Source: the human T2T-CHM13v2.0 reference genome, Homo sapiens
Assembly: GCF_009914755.1 (NCBI RefSeq)
Contig: NC_060927.1
Reading direction: 5' to 3' (one strand)
Length of the DNA: 64,000 bases
In this document: positions 22,426-40,242 of the stretch, in pieces
Layout of the letters: every line of letters begins with the position of its first letter
How positions within the stretch are numbered: position 1 is the stretch's first letter
Made by a program: the position numbers and the translations under genes
The notes under the pieces: model-generated
Database searches by the model: none
Told to the model about the DNA's origin: nothing
Seen by the model: the letters and a program-made list of their open reading frames with translations, nothing else

Positions 22426-23422
22426 AGGCCACAGCAGATTCAGAGGAACAGCCCAATGAAGAGGTACGTAGAGCGAGGTGCTGAGGGTCCTGAGTGCAGG
22501 AGCTTCTGTCCCCATGGAGCTGGAGTATGCCACCCTCCCACCACGTGGACTGACTCAACAACTCTGAAGCTCTCTGAACCCTGTAGTTTAGAGATGTTTT
22601 TGTGGAGACTTCATCACCTATGCATAATTATTTATGAACTCAGTCTCCAGCCCCTCCCCACTCCTCAGAGGATGGGGGATGGGACTGAAAGTTCGAGCTT
22701 CCAATCATGGCCTGAACTTTCTGGAGATGAGCCCCCATCCTGAGGCCGTCCCGGAGACCACCAGGATTCACCTCATTAGAACAAAAGATGCTCCTACCAC
22801 CCAGGAAATCCCAAGGGATTTAGGAGCTCTGTGTCAGGAACCAACGGCAGAGGCTAAATAACATATTTCTTATTGTATCACAGGAATGAATCAAGGTTAA
22901 AGGAAGTTCTGATGGTGGGGCCCTGACCTGGTAGGATTAGTGTTCTTATGACACACTGGAGAGTGCTTTCTCTCTCTCTCCCTCCCAATCCTCTCCCTCC
23001 CCATACCCAGGCCCCAGGAGAGACCATGTGAGGGCACAGCTAGAAGGTGGCCATCTGGAGCCAGGAGGAGAGCCCGCAGAAACCATATTGCCCAGATTCT
23101 TGATCTTAAACCTCTAGCCTTTATAACTGTGAAAAAAATAATTTCTTGACATTTCTGTCAAATAAACAAGCAAGCAAAAAAAGATACAAAAACAAATTAA
23201 TGAATTTTTGTTGTTTAAGCCAGGAACAGTATTTTGTTATGGGGGCGTGAGCTGACTAATACATATGGTAAGAGTACATTTAGTTTTGTAAGAAACTGCC
23301 ATGGCTGACATGGTTGTTCACGCCTGTAATCCCAGCACTTTGGGAGGCAGAGGCGGGCAGATCACTTGAGGTCAGGAGTTCGAGACCAGTCTGGCCAACA
23401 TGATGAAACCCTGTCTCTACTA

Positions 23423-23740
<318 letters not shown>

Positions 23741-24349
23741 TTATTTTTATTTATAATCTCTAGTGCATATCATATTGAACATCTTTTTGTATGCTTATTT
23801 GCCATCTTTATATCATCTTTGGTGAGGTGTCTGTTCATGACTTTTTGCCCATTTTTAAATTGGGTAGTTTCTTTTCTCACTGTTGAGTTTTAGGAGTTCT
23901 TTATTTATTGTGGATAGCAGTCCTTTATCGGATGTGACTCTTGCAAATATTTTCTGTTGATTATCTTTTTATTCTCTTGACCTTGTCTTTCACAGAGTAG
24001 AAGCTTTAAATTTCAATGAAGTCCAGCTTATCAATTTTTTTCTTTCCAGGACCATACCCTGAGTATATCTAAAAAGTCATTGCCATGCCCAGGGTCACCT
24101 AGATTTTCTCCTAAGTTATCTTCCGGGAGTGTTATAGTTTAGTGTTTTACATTTAGGTCTGTGATCCATGTTAAGTTAATTTTGTGAAGGTCTGTGTCTA
24201 GATTCGTTTTGGGGGGGCATGTAAATTTCCAGTTGTTGTAGCACTATTTGTTGAAAAGACTATTTTTTTCTCCATTGTATTGCCTTAGTCACTGTTTTTT
24301 GTTTTGTTTTGTTTTGTTGTGTGTGTGTGTGTGTATGTATGTGTTTTAA

Positions 24350-24956
<607 letters not shown>

Positions 24957-25937
24957 ATGGTTAAATCTTTATCAGCATACTTGGTTATTTCTTAGAATAA
25001 ATTTCTAGCAAGAGAATTAATTGCTGGGAGCAGCTTTCTGAACCTTTGCTCAGGTGGGCGCCTTGGTCAAGTAACAGGTCACCTACCTTCTCGGAACCAC
25101 AGCTGAAACGCATTTGATTTGTCTAAGTCCTGGGCCGCATGCCAGTTCTTTGTTTTTGAAGGTGTGAATTTTCATCTCTTTCAGAGTCCTCATACAGGAA
25201 ATGTAGAGAAACTACAATGGGATCTGCTAGCCTGGTATCATTTTGAAACAGCAAAGTCTTGTTTAATTTGATTCTCCGGAGGTCCCTGAGCCCCTGCCAT
25301 GTGACTGTCACAGAGTTATTTTGCACTCAGAGAACTCAGTCTCCTGTGTGCATCGGCACTGGGGAGGGAGGAGGGAGGCAGGAGCTTACACAGCTCTCTT
25401 GAGTGCCACGCAGACTGTGCCAAGCCATATTATAAAGGGTTTTGACAGCCCAGAGAACAGCGTAAATTAGGGTTTCAGAAGGTGGATTTGAGAGCTAACG
25501 GACAAGCGAAAGACTTGGAGAAAGGCCTAGAGATGTGGGAAGACTTTGGGGGCAAAGACCTTGTGGTCACAGTGAAAAGAATGTGTATGTGTGTGCGTAT
25601 GTGTATGTGTGCGTGTGTATACTGCTGTGTTTATGTGCAGGGGATGTTTAAGAGGATATGGTTTACAACTGTGGAAAGAGTAAATGGCGTGAAGCTTTGA
25701 ATGAGAGGCCAACAAGGCTAGTCCCTGTACTATAAGCAACAGGAAACTAGAGAAGGCCTTTTAAAAATAATACATAGTCCAAGCACGGCAGTCCAGCCAG
25801 GAACAAAAACAGACTGTCTATTAGGCTGTAGCTTGGTGCCAGTGTTGTTCTCTTCGCCACCCCTCTTTTCCACTGGTGATTAGGAGAGTAGAGCTGGGGG
25901 AAGATGAGCATACTCTCAGAGGCCTGAAGAATATGCA

Positions 25938-26408
<471 letters not shown>

Positions 26409-26613
26409 AAGTCTTTACTTTTGATTCAGGCAATATCTAAACCCACACTGAGTGGTGTTTCCAAATCTATTCAACCGGTCTCACAGTCTAGTTCTAATCA
26501 TTTCAGGAGTTTGGTGCTTTAAAAGGCAAGGGTAGTGAAGACAGGGAGGTTGAAGGCCCGACGTACAGTTACTGAAATGCACAGGGTCCTGGCTTTCGTG
26601 CCCAGAGAAGTTA

Positions 26614-27075
<462 letters not shown>

Positions 27076-27726
27076 CTAATCTCACCGTGGCCACCACCAC
27101 CTCCCAAGAAGACTGTTGCTGCATCCAAATGCTTGGCATAAACTGCCCCTGAAATCCAGCACTAACAGAAAGACACACCCTGAAACACTACACATTTTGC
27201 CGAACATTGTAGTTTGCTATCCTTTTTCAAAAGGACAAGTTTTAATAAGCCAAAGCTTGCATTCAATTCTCTTAAACCTGAAAATCTGTCTGCTCCTTGT
27301 TGGAGAGTTAGTCTTAAAGGCTGAGAAGCACTAGATAGCCATAAAATCAGGCTAATCTTCCTTGCCTTCACAGCAAGGAAGGAGAAATTCCTCAGGGAGC
27401 CCAGGACTGGGCACTGCAATTATACCCTGAAATGAAGGTTGCCGTGGCTGGAGCAGAGTTGGGAAATCCAGTCTGAAGCCTCCCTTCAGACTATGGGGGC
27501 TGCTGGGGAAGCCCTGGGGATCAGTTTCCTCCAGTCTGAATAAGTTGCTGAAGGCAAATAAAGCTCTAATTTCCCCCATTTTTTTTAACACCACCAAGAA
27601 CTGAAAGAAACCCTAAGACAATCAATACACATTTCCATTTAATTCACCAGCAATTTTCTACCAAGCTTTGTACAAGATGCTATTGCAGTTGTTATCAAGA
27701 ATGATACATTTAACAATGATTGGTAG

Positions 27727-28099
<373 letters not shown>

Positions 28100-28229
28100 C
28101 ATTTTTTTCTTTTATTTATTTTCTTTTTTTGTTTAAAACCATATTTTTCTGATTTTCCTCTGTTTAGCAACTTATTCTGAAAAGAGTCGCAGAGTCAAAT
28201 AATGTTTGCTGTTTCCTTCTCATTTTCCA

Positions 28230-29830
<1,601 letters not shown>

Positions 29831-30039
29831 TCATTCAGTGCAAATGTGTCACTTTATAGATAAAGATACCAAGACCAGAGAGGACAGCTGTCCAGATGAG
29901 GCCACTTAGATTAATAATGGTGCTGGAACAAGTGCCTGAGTGCCTTGACACCTGGCCAGCTCTGCTACACCGAGGCCTGGGTGAAGAATGCATTTAAGTA
30001 GATGCCCAGCATGCGTGTTCAGGTGTATCATACAACACT

Positions 30040-30168
30040 TAGCTTTCTCTCTATAATATACTCTGATGCTTATATTCCATCTATTTCATTTTTTGAAAAA
30101 TGCTGACCACACTCAATTAAATTAATTTCATGTCCTATTAATGGGTTGTGACCCAAAGTTGGGAAACA
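30040..30168. mobile_element. hAT-Charlie-type MER DNA transposon end
   Basis: 'aaatgctgacc...taatgggttgtgacccaaagttgggaaaca' resembles a Charlie-family terminus. Confidence 0.45.
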
Positions 30169-30176
30169 GAACACTA

Positions 30177-30901
<725 letters not shown>

Positions 30902-31779
30902 CTAATGCACGAAAACATTTGAAAAGTGCTAGAGTAAAATGATCTATTAACAGTAATAACTACAGTGAACTCAAGTATGCAGAGAAATAAAAAAATATCC
31001 AAGGCCTGGTTTCTTGGCCCTCGTCTCTCATGTATGTTAATCTTGAAGCATCATCTTCTCCTGGCTCCATTCTATCTCTGTCGACAGTCCTGAATTTCAT
31101 GCCATTCCATATCATATTCATTTTCTTGGTTTTGTGACTTGTTTTCTGCACCAACTCATGCTTATAAATTGCCGCTCTGTACTTGCAGTCAGAACGCTGC
31201 ATTCCAAAAGGAGGCAGGAGGCATGGCAAGGGTTTCCACATAGCTGACTTTGTTTTGACAGTGATGGTATCTGATGGAGTGGGAGCTGATGGCAGCCCAA
31301 CACCCAGTCTCTTTGTCCACACCAACTATTCATAGCTGGCGAAGGCGGGGAGGTACACCTCAGTGTGGGGGTGAGAGACCTAGAGGCTGGTCAAATAGAG
31401 GACGGGGAATATGTGGTTATGCAGGGCACGGAGGTCAGGGTCATGTTAAAAATCAAGTATTTAACATATTGGCTGAGGCACAATAACTCTAGTCTAAATT
31501 TATCCCACTCTTCCAACTCTCTCAGGACTGACAGAGCAGCTAGTGTTACCACTCGGGAAAAAGTCAGAGCAGGGTCTAAATTTGTATCTAAAAGAAATCT
31601 CAGATGCAAGATTCAGAGAATTCCACCAGGCTCCTTCAGATGTCCTGAAAGATGCTCTGGGTAACCCGATATTGTTGGAGGACAAAACAGTTATATAAAT
31701 CTAAGATAGGGTCACCTTCTTCGTTATCACTGCTGTCATCATCAACCTGGCTGGGAATTTCACTGCCAGTATACCACAG

Positions 31780-32270
31780 GGTCCAGGCCATTCAGACTCC
31801 CCCTGTCATGGGATAACCAGACTCCCGAGCTGGTTATTCTCCATGTGCCTCCCCTGTCCACTGCCTCTCCTGCCCTCTGTGTTTTCTATAACTGCATCAC
31901 CAGAGTCCCTGTTCCCTTGGCTTCCTGTTGGGTTTGTCCAATGGGAGGCGCTGGCAAGAGATTGGAGGTTGACACATTTATTCCCTGCTCCATCCCACCC
32001 CCATCCGCGCTGGCTCAACCCTGCTTTCCTGCTGTTACATTCTTCTATGGCTCTGGCTTCTGTGGGAAGGTCCGTCTCCCATAACTCTGCTCACAACATT
32101 TCCTCCTTTGCCCCTTCAGGCCTGGTCCCCGGCCCTGGGCACCTCACCATTCTTTGTTGGTTCCTTGCCTCTGGCTACACGTTTGTGAACAGTCTCTGCT
32201 TCAAGCTTTTTTCCCCCTGTGCAAACACTTCCGGGTGTGCATCTGTTGCCTGCTGGTACCCTGACGGATG
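31780..32270. mobile_element. LTR33-like ERVL LTR
   Basis: 'ggcttcctgttgggtttgtccaatgggaggcgctggcaagagattggagg' and 'gtgtgcatctgttgcctgctgg' motifs. Confidence 0.7.
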
Positions 32271-33659
32271 TAACTTGGTCTCACATCTATGGATGTTCAG
32301 GCCTCGCTCACAGCTGGATCTCACAGAGGCAGGACACCGTGCTGCCTTGAAATCGGAGCCCTGGCACAGGCCACTGGGTCTCTCCCTCTACCCATTCAGA
32401 TCATGCACTTTTTGAGTGGCTGCAAGCAGCTGATGAGCTTAAGAAGTCTCTTATTTTGATGATGCAATTCTAGGTAGGATCAGGTGGGGCTGAAGCTCAC
32501 AGCAGTAACCCCAGAAAGTCTTCCAGGCCTCACTCCTTTCCAAGAGCTCAGGAGATGCAGAAATGAGGTGGTTCAAGCTTGTCCCTAAGGGGACATAGAC
32601 TCTCGTGCCTGGAAAAGCATTAAAGGTCACGCAGGCCAGCCCATTCCGTTTGTAGCTCAGGAAGCCGAGGCCCAGGAAGAAGAGACTCCCGTGGGGTCAG
32701 AGGGTAAGGTAGTGGGAGAGAGAGGATAAGAATCCAGAGCCCCTGAACATTCATCCTCAAATCTTCATGCTGGAAGGAGTATTAAAGGGCACACTGACCC
32801 CAATAAACAACAAGCCACCTGCAGTACAGGGTTTTGCCATCTACAAGGGGGGACTGCCAGAGCCTCAGTTGTCCCTGGTGTCCCCCAAACCCTAAGCCTA
32901 GCCAGGGACTCTCCAGACAAAACAGCATGGTGTGATTTGGAGTGAGGAGGCACCCTAGGGAACTCCTTTCTACTCACAGAGACTAACACCTCCTGACTCC
33001 TACAGTGACCAGCTCCCTCCTGACGGGTCAGCTTCCTGAATGGCCACACAAGGCCTGGGCTGCAGGGCCCCTCCTGTGCTCCCTAGCAATGGCCGTGTGA
33101 TGAATTTTTACCAACAGAAGCAAACAGAAGTTACGGCTCACTTCCGGTTTGTGGTGGTGAAGGAAAAGCTTTGCTTTCTCTTCTGTCCACCTGGCTGGAA
33201 GCAAAGGATTCCAAGATGGTGAAGACACACATGAGCACAGCCAGGATGCCCAGTTTGGAAGACAGCTGTGTCAGAGTGCCGCCCCCACCAGCTCCACCCA
33301 CATCCGACCTTGAAATGAAAGAGAAATAAATAAGTTTTTGTTGTGTCCAGAACCGCGATCGGGAGTGGGAAGGGCAGGCTACAGCCGGTGCCAACAACCC
33401 TGGTTAACACAGATATTGTGTCACTGTCCAGGTGACCCCCATTTCCCACCCATGACTCAGCTCTTCTTTTCAGACACATCTTGCAGCTCCATCTTTCTCA
33501 CCCCTCCTCCCATCCTGCCCTGTCATAGGTGTCTAATGCCACCGTGCCTCTCCTCTGCCCTCTCCTCTCTTCCCTCAACATCTTTCCTCATTGTGTACCA
33601 CCCGAACTACTCAAATGGCCCCTTCTCCCCTTGAAAGTGCCTTTTCCATTCTGCCAGAA

Positions 33660-33906
33660 CCGTTTCTTTTTTTTTTCTTGCCTATGTAAGTATGAACTTT
33701 ATTATTGTTTGTTTTGACTGTTTATATATATATATATTTTTTTTTTTATTATTATACTTTAAGTTCTAGGGTCCATGTGCATCATGTGCAGGTGTGTTAC
33801 ATGTGTATACATGTGCTGTGTTGGTGTGCTGCCCCCATTAACTCGTCATTTACATTAGGTATATCTCCTAATGCTATCTCTCACCCCTCCCCCCACCCGT
33901 TTCTTT
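33660..33906 (-). mobile_element. Short 5'-truncated L1PA 3' end with 3'-transduced sequence
   Basis: 'ttattattatactttaagttctaggg...' L1PA 3' UTR at 33737-33896; TSD ccgtttcttt at 33660 and 33897. Confidence 0.85.
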
Positions 33907-34602
33907 AAAGGGCCCTCTGACCCTCTTCAGTCACCCAAACAACACACCTAGACCTTCCCCTGGAATTGTCTGGATCTCACAGTCATTGCTGGGTCCCTTA
34001 AAGCAAAGCTGCTGGTGAATAACAATATATAACAATATTCTCTTTGGGTTTGCAAATGCCCAAAGAAGTCTCTGTTATCACCTTTATTGTTTAAGAGGGA
34101 CAATAATTTAAGAGGACTATTTACATGTTTTTGATAATAACAACAATAATAGCAATGACAGGAATGATAACCCAGCCTTTTTTTTTTTTTTTTTCCCATT
34201 GTAGAAACTTCCAGTCATTCACCCTATCAATCCCTGAAAAGAGTTCTTCCTCCCTCACTCTTCCCTTCTGGGACATGACCTGGGTTTCTGCGTCTAATCT
34301 CTGAGATGCTGGGGTGGTACATCACATGGATTTTTTTTTTTAATTGCATCAGGCCATAGGGGATTTTTTTTTTTTCTTTTTCGACTGAGAAGACAATGAA
34401 ATTTATGTTCTTTCCCACCCTCCTGAAGGAAGAAACATTTCAGGGGGCACCACACCTAAACATCCCGGGCGCTTCCAGCAAATCTCAGTACATGGTGAGA
34501 TGCAGGAGGGAAATCACGCAGCTGAGACCTATGGTACTCCAGGAGGTTTTCGGTGACATTAGCCCAGGATTTTATCCATGTTTCTCTTGACTTGCTCCTG
34601 AC

Positions 34603-34905
34603 TTTTTTTTTTTTCTTTTTTTTTTGACAGAGTCTCATTCTTGCCCAGGCCAGAGTGCAGTGGCGTGATCTTGACTCACTGCAACCTCTGCCCCCCCGGG
34701 TTTAAGTGATTCTCCTGCCTCAGCCTCCCAAGTAGCTGGGATTACAGGAGCACACCACCACCATGCCCAGCTAATTTTTGTATTTTTAGTAGTGACGGGG
34801 TTTCACCATGTTGGCCAGGCTGGTCTCAAACTCCTGACCTCATGATCCACCCGCCTCAGCCTCTCAAAGTGCTGGAATTACAGGGGTGAGCCACCATGCC
34901 CGGCC
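34603..34905 (-). mobile_element. Alu
   Basis: Full reverse dimer. Confidence 0.93.
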
Positions 34906-35137
34906 ACATATAGATTTTTATAGTTAGAAATTGTCCTGTTTAATTAATGGTGTGCTCAAATAAATATACAATCATTGCATATTCATTAATCGTCTTTCTC
35001 TCCCACCAGAATATGAACTCCATGACAGCAGGAATTGCATCTACTTTACTCCCTGCTGTCTCCCCAGGACCTATACAGAACTCAACCATCATTTGTCGAG
35101 TGAATAAATGAACAAGTGAATAAGAAAAGTAGATATG

Positions 35138-35789
<652 letters not shown>

Positions 35790-37304
35790 CTATGGTGTGA
35801 TTTTTTACCCTCTCTATCTGCAGGAAAAGCTATGAGTCCCCAGGTGCACAGAGTATTGCCAGATAGAAGAAGGACTCTGCAGGAGAATGGCTAGGGGTTC
35901 ACTTTAGCCACAGAGCAGTTTCTGACTTACGACTCACCTGACTTTCCTTTGCCCCCACTGTCACCTGAAGGGTGTATATTACCCTAGTGGTGGGATGGAC
36001 GATGCATCCAGCCATCATTCAGATCACCAAACTAACTCCCCTTCCTGGATTCTAGGCTTACCATTAACCTTCTGATTGTGATTTTGGCTTCCCATGCTGA
36101 TTTCCACAGCAAGAGAGAGCAGGCTGGTCAGGCTGACTCAAACGCCTGCTTCTCCCAGCATTTATACATTTCATTATAAACTCATCGCTGGACATTCTGC
36201 TCTGTCCCCTCCAGTCTCCTCTGAGTGAGTCTGCTTTGGGAGTCCCATTGACTATGGGGTGCTGAACCTACAAGGCCAGACTCTGAACAGTGGCTACGTC
36301 TGTCACAAGTTGCTGCCCCGTGAAGGTTCTCAGCAGTGGGCCAGCTGGTCCTTCCCAGGCACCTGCCAGCATTGCTGCAAGATTTGTTCCACATTTTCCC
36401 ACAGATGTAGTAATGCCACTTAAAGGAGTTTATATGGAGGAGATAATTGAATACATATGTAAAGACGTATGTCAAAAAGGTATTCACTGTGGTATTGTCA
36501 CCTCCCCTCAGCTGCAGGTATTGGTGGTGGCACTTTTATATCCCAGGATGTCCTCAGAGTTTGGGTGCCAGAGCCCCTCAGTCTCCACCTTCCATAGCAC
36601 CAGTGGGGATTAATTGATGGTGTGGTCTCTCACTGTACGTGTAAGGGGAAGCATTGGTGACGGAGTAGCAGTTGCCTTGGTGAACTGCCGAAGCCCCGAA
36701 GTGGGTAAAGCTTTGGCTTTCACTAGTGAGTATCAGGCAGCTGTGTCTCTTCCTGGAGCCACAGGTGGAGTTCTGGTTGCAGAGCAGCAACTGGCCTGGG
36801 CAAGCTGGACCTTGGACCAGGGGCTGGTCCAGTCTTCAATTCTGGCTCTTTCCACAGGTAGGTTAGCCGGGGCAGGGTCGCAAGCTGACCCGGAAGTCAG
36901 CCAGGGTCAGGCCGGGCTCCAGGCACTGACATATCCTTGAGGTCTTCCCCTGGAGCATGGCAGCTTCTCCAGCAGCACCAATGGCCCCTTTATATTCTTT
37001 TATCCTGGAGGAGAACCACAAAGCCTCCCACCCACCTGCCCATTCTCCAGAGACCTTAGCCCCGCAATCACCCGCAAACACTTAACTACTTTGGAGGAAG
37101 CAAAGTGCTTTTAGTTTCCAAAGTTAATTCACATTCCCAAGGGTGGCCAAGATGACCTCTTTCCCTAAAGCAAGAACTAACCCCCCAAGTTAGTAAAAAA
37201 CTGAGAACACCTAATCGATCAATCAATCAGAGTGTGGTTGACTATATGAAGATCTCTTCATACAATGTCTACTATGCAGCCATTAAAATGAAATTGTGGG
37301 TCTA

Positions 37305-37647
<343 letters not shown>

Positions 37648-38470
37648 TTAGTGTAAAGAAGAATATGACAAACTGCCTTTGTACTCTGGTCCAAACTTTG
37701 CCAAAATATGGATGCGTGAGTGCAAACGTGTGCCTGGAGAAAACGGAATGGCAGTCATCAAAATGCTCGCAGTGGTTATCTCTGGGCAGTGAGATTTCTG
37801 GTAAGTCTTCTTTATACTTCTCTGTACTATTTGAAGTTTCACAATAAGCATGTTTATCTTATCATCAGAAAAAAACTTTTTTTTTTTAATTTTGGAAGAA
37901 AAAACTTCCATTCAATTTGGTGTGCTCTAATGTGCAAAATACTGGAGTAGTGGCCAGGACAAAGTCCTATAGAAGCCAAGTGGAGAGTGGCATTGACCTT
38001 GCTGACACTGTGCGGCCAGCACGCCCTGGATCCGATAGCCTCTGCGGTAGGCCTTCCTATTTCAAGAGTCTACGATTCTAAGACGCCAAATGGTATCTCC
38101 AGATCAAAACTATTTATAAGAATCATTTCCTTCAGGATGAGTTGTAACTTCCACTTGCTACTTGTATGTTTCGATGACATCATCTCTGAGATTTATGTGA
38201 AATGACTCCTTCTCCTTGATGTTATCAAGGAGTTTGAGCAGTTGAGTTCCTTATAGTTCTTTGTGTTTAAACCATATCTGAAGAAGCTGTCATTTGTCAA
38301 GGTTTAATTGTTTCCATTATTTTTTTCCTGGTAAGTTTCCAGATATTGCTGGGCAGCTTTGATAAAGAGACCTGAAAAGAAGATGTTAAGAAATGGATGG
38401 AGCATGGCTGCAAGTTCCAGGTTCTAGCCCACATCTACTTTTTAGCTGTGTCATCTGGAGTTAGTCATTT

Positions 38471-38617
38471 CTTTCTGGGTATTTTCTCACTTAAAATTGG
38501 AGGGGAGGGTAAGAGGGACATTAGACAAGATTATTTTAAAGATCTTTCTGGGTATTTTCTCACATAAAATTGGAGGGGAGGGTAAGAGGGACATTAGACA
38601 AGATTATTTTAAAGATC
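38471..38617. repeat. 73-bp tandem duplication (2 copies, 1 mismatch) in MIR-like sequence
   Basis: ctttctgggtattttctcac(t/a)taaaattggaggggagggtaagagggacattagacaagattattttaaagat at 38471 and 38544. Confidence 0.95.
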
Positions 38618-38624
38618 CTGTCCT

Positions 38625-38770
38625 GGCCGGGTGCGGTGGCTCATGCCTGTAATCACAGCTCTTAGGGAGGCAGAGGTGGGAGGATAGCTTGAGCCCAGGA
38701 GTTCAAGACCTGCCTGTGCAATATAGTGAGACCTCCTTCTTAAAAAAAAAAACAAAAACAAAAACAAAAC
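38625..38770 (+). pseudogene. BC200 (BCYRN1)-type retropseudogene
   Basis: Monomer with BC200-diagnostic bases: cagctct(t)agggagg, ggatagcttgag, gacctgcctg..caatatag, ttct before the A-rich region. Confidence 0.8.
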
Positions 38771-39061
38771 TTGTCCAGCTCTGTCTCCCTATGATGAGTT
38801 TTAGTTCTGAGCTTATAATAGCATATTTTATAGTCCTAGTGCCAAATATTCTTAAAGTTATCTTCATATCTAAGTCTTTCAATAAATAGAAAAGTATATT
38901 GTTGACTACGGCCTTAGAGGTCACTGCTTGAATCCTTCCCATGCCACCCTTGCTAGGTGGTCACCTTGTGTCAACTAACACCTACGGGGACAAGAAACCC
39001 CCTCCCTCCCGAGGTAGCCCATTTCTCTTTATTGGTAAAGAGCATTTAAAAGGTGTTTCTT

Positions 39062-39554
<493 letters not shown>

Positions 39555-39644
39555 TTAGAATTAGCAAGCTGGACTCAGATTAGATGATCCCAATTTTGTT
39601 GGCAACATCCAAAGCATGGTCATCAGGAGCCAGTGGACACATGC

Positions 39645-39837
39645 CTTCTTCTCTCCATCAGGTCGACTCAGTGTTGGCCTTGGCCACACCAATGTCATGG
39701 AGCTTGCTCCCTTCTTCTCTCCATCAGGTCGACTCAGTGTTGGCCTTGGCCACATTGATGTCATGGAGCTCCCTCCCTTCTTCTCTCCATCAGGTTGACT
39801 CAGTGTTGACCTTGGCCACACAGATGTCATGGAACTC
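39645..39837. repeat. 66-bp triplication within the RPL23A pseudogene
   Basis: Units beginning cttcttctctccatcagg at 39645, 39711 and 39777. Confidence 0.93.
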
Positions 39838-39887
39838 CTTCATAGCCTGTTCCATCTGGTGCTTGTTGGCTTTAACATCCACAGTGA

Positions 39888-40242
<355 letters not shown>

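Noticed and set aside
30960-31325. Minus-strand ORF containing WNGMKFRTVDRD, resembling the fibrinogen-domain motif HNGMxFSTxDxD
   Set aside because: The downstream Cys and GGWW motifs required for a fibrinogen C-terminal domain are absent and upstream spacing does not fit; treated as chance unless an HMM search says otherwise
31843-32415. 190-aa ORF
   Set aside because: Lies mostly within an LTR33-like element; non-ATG start
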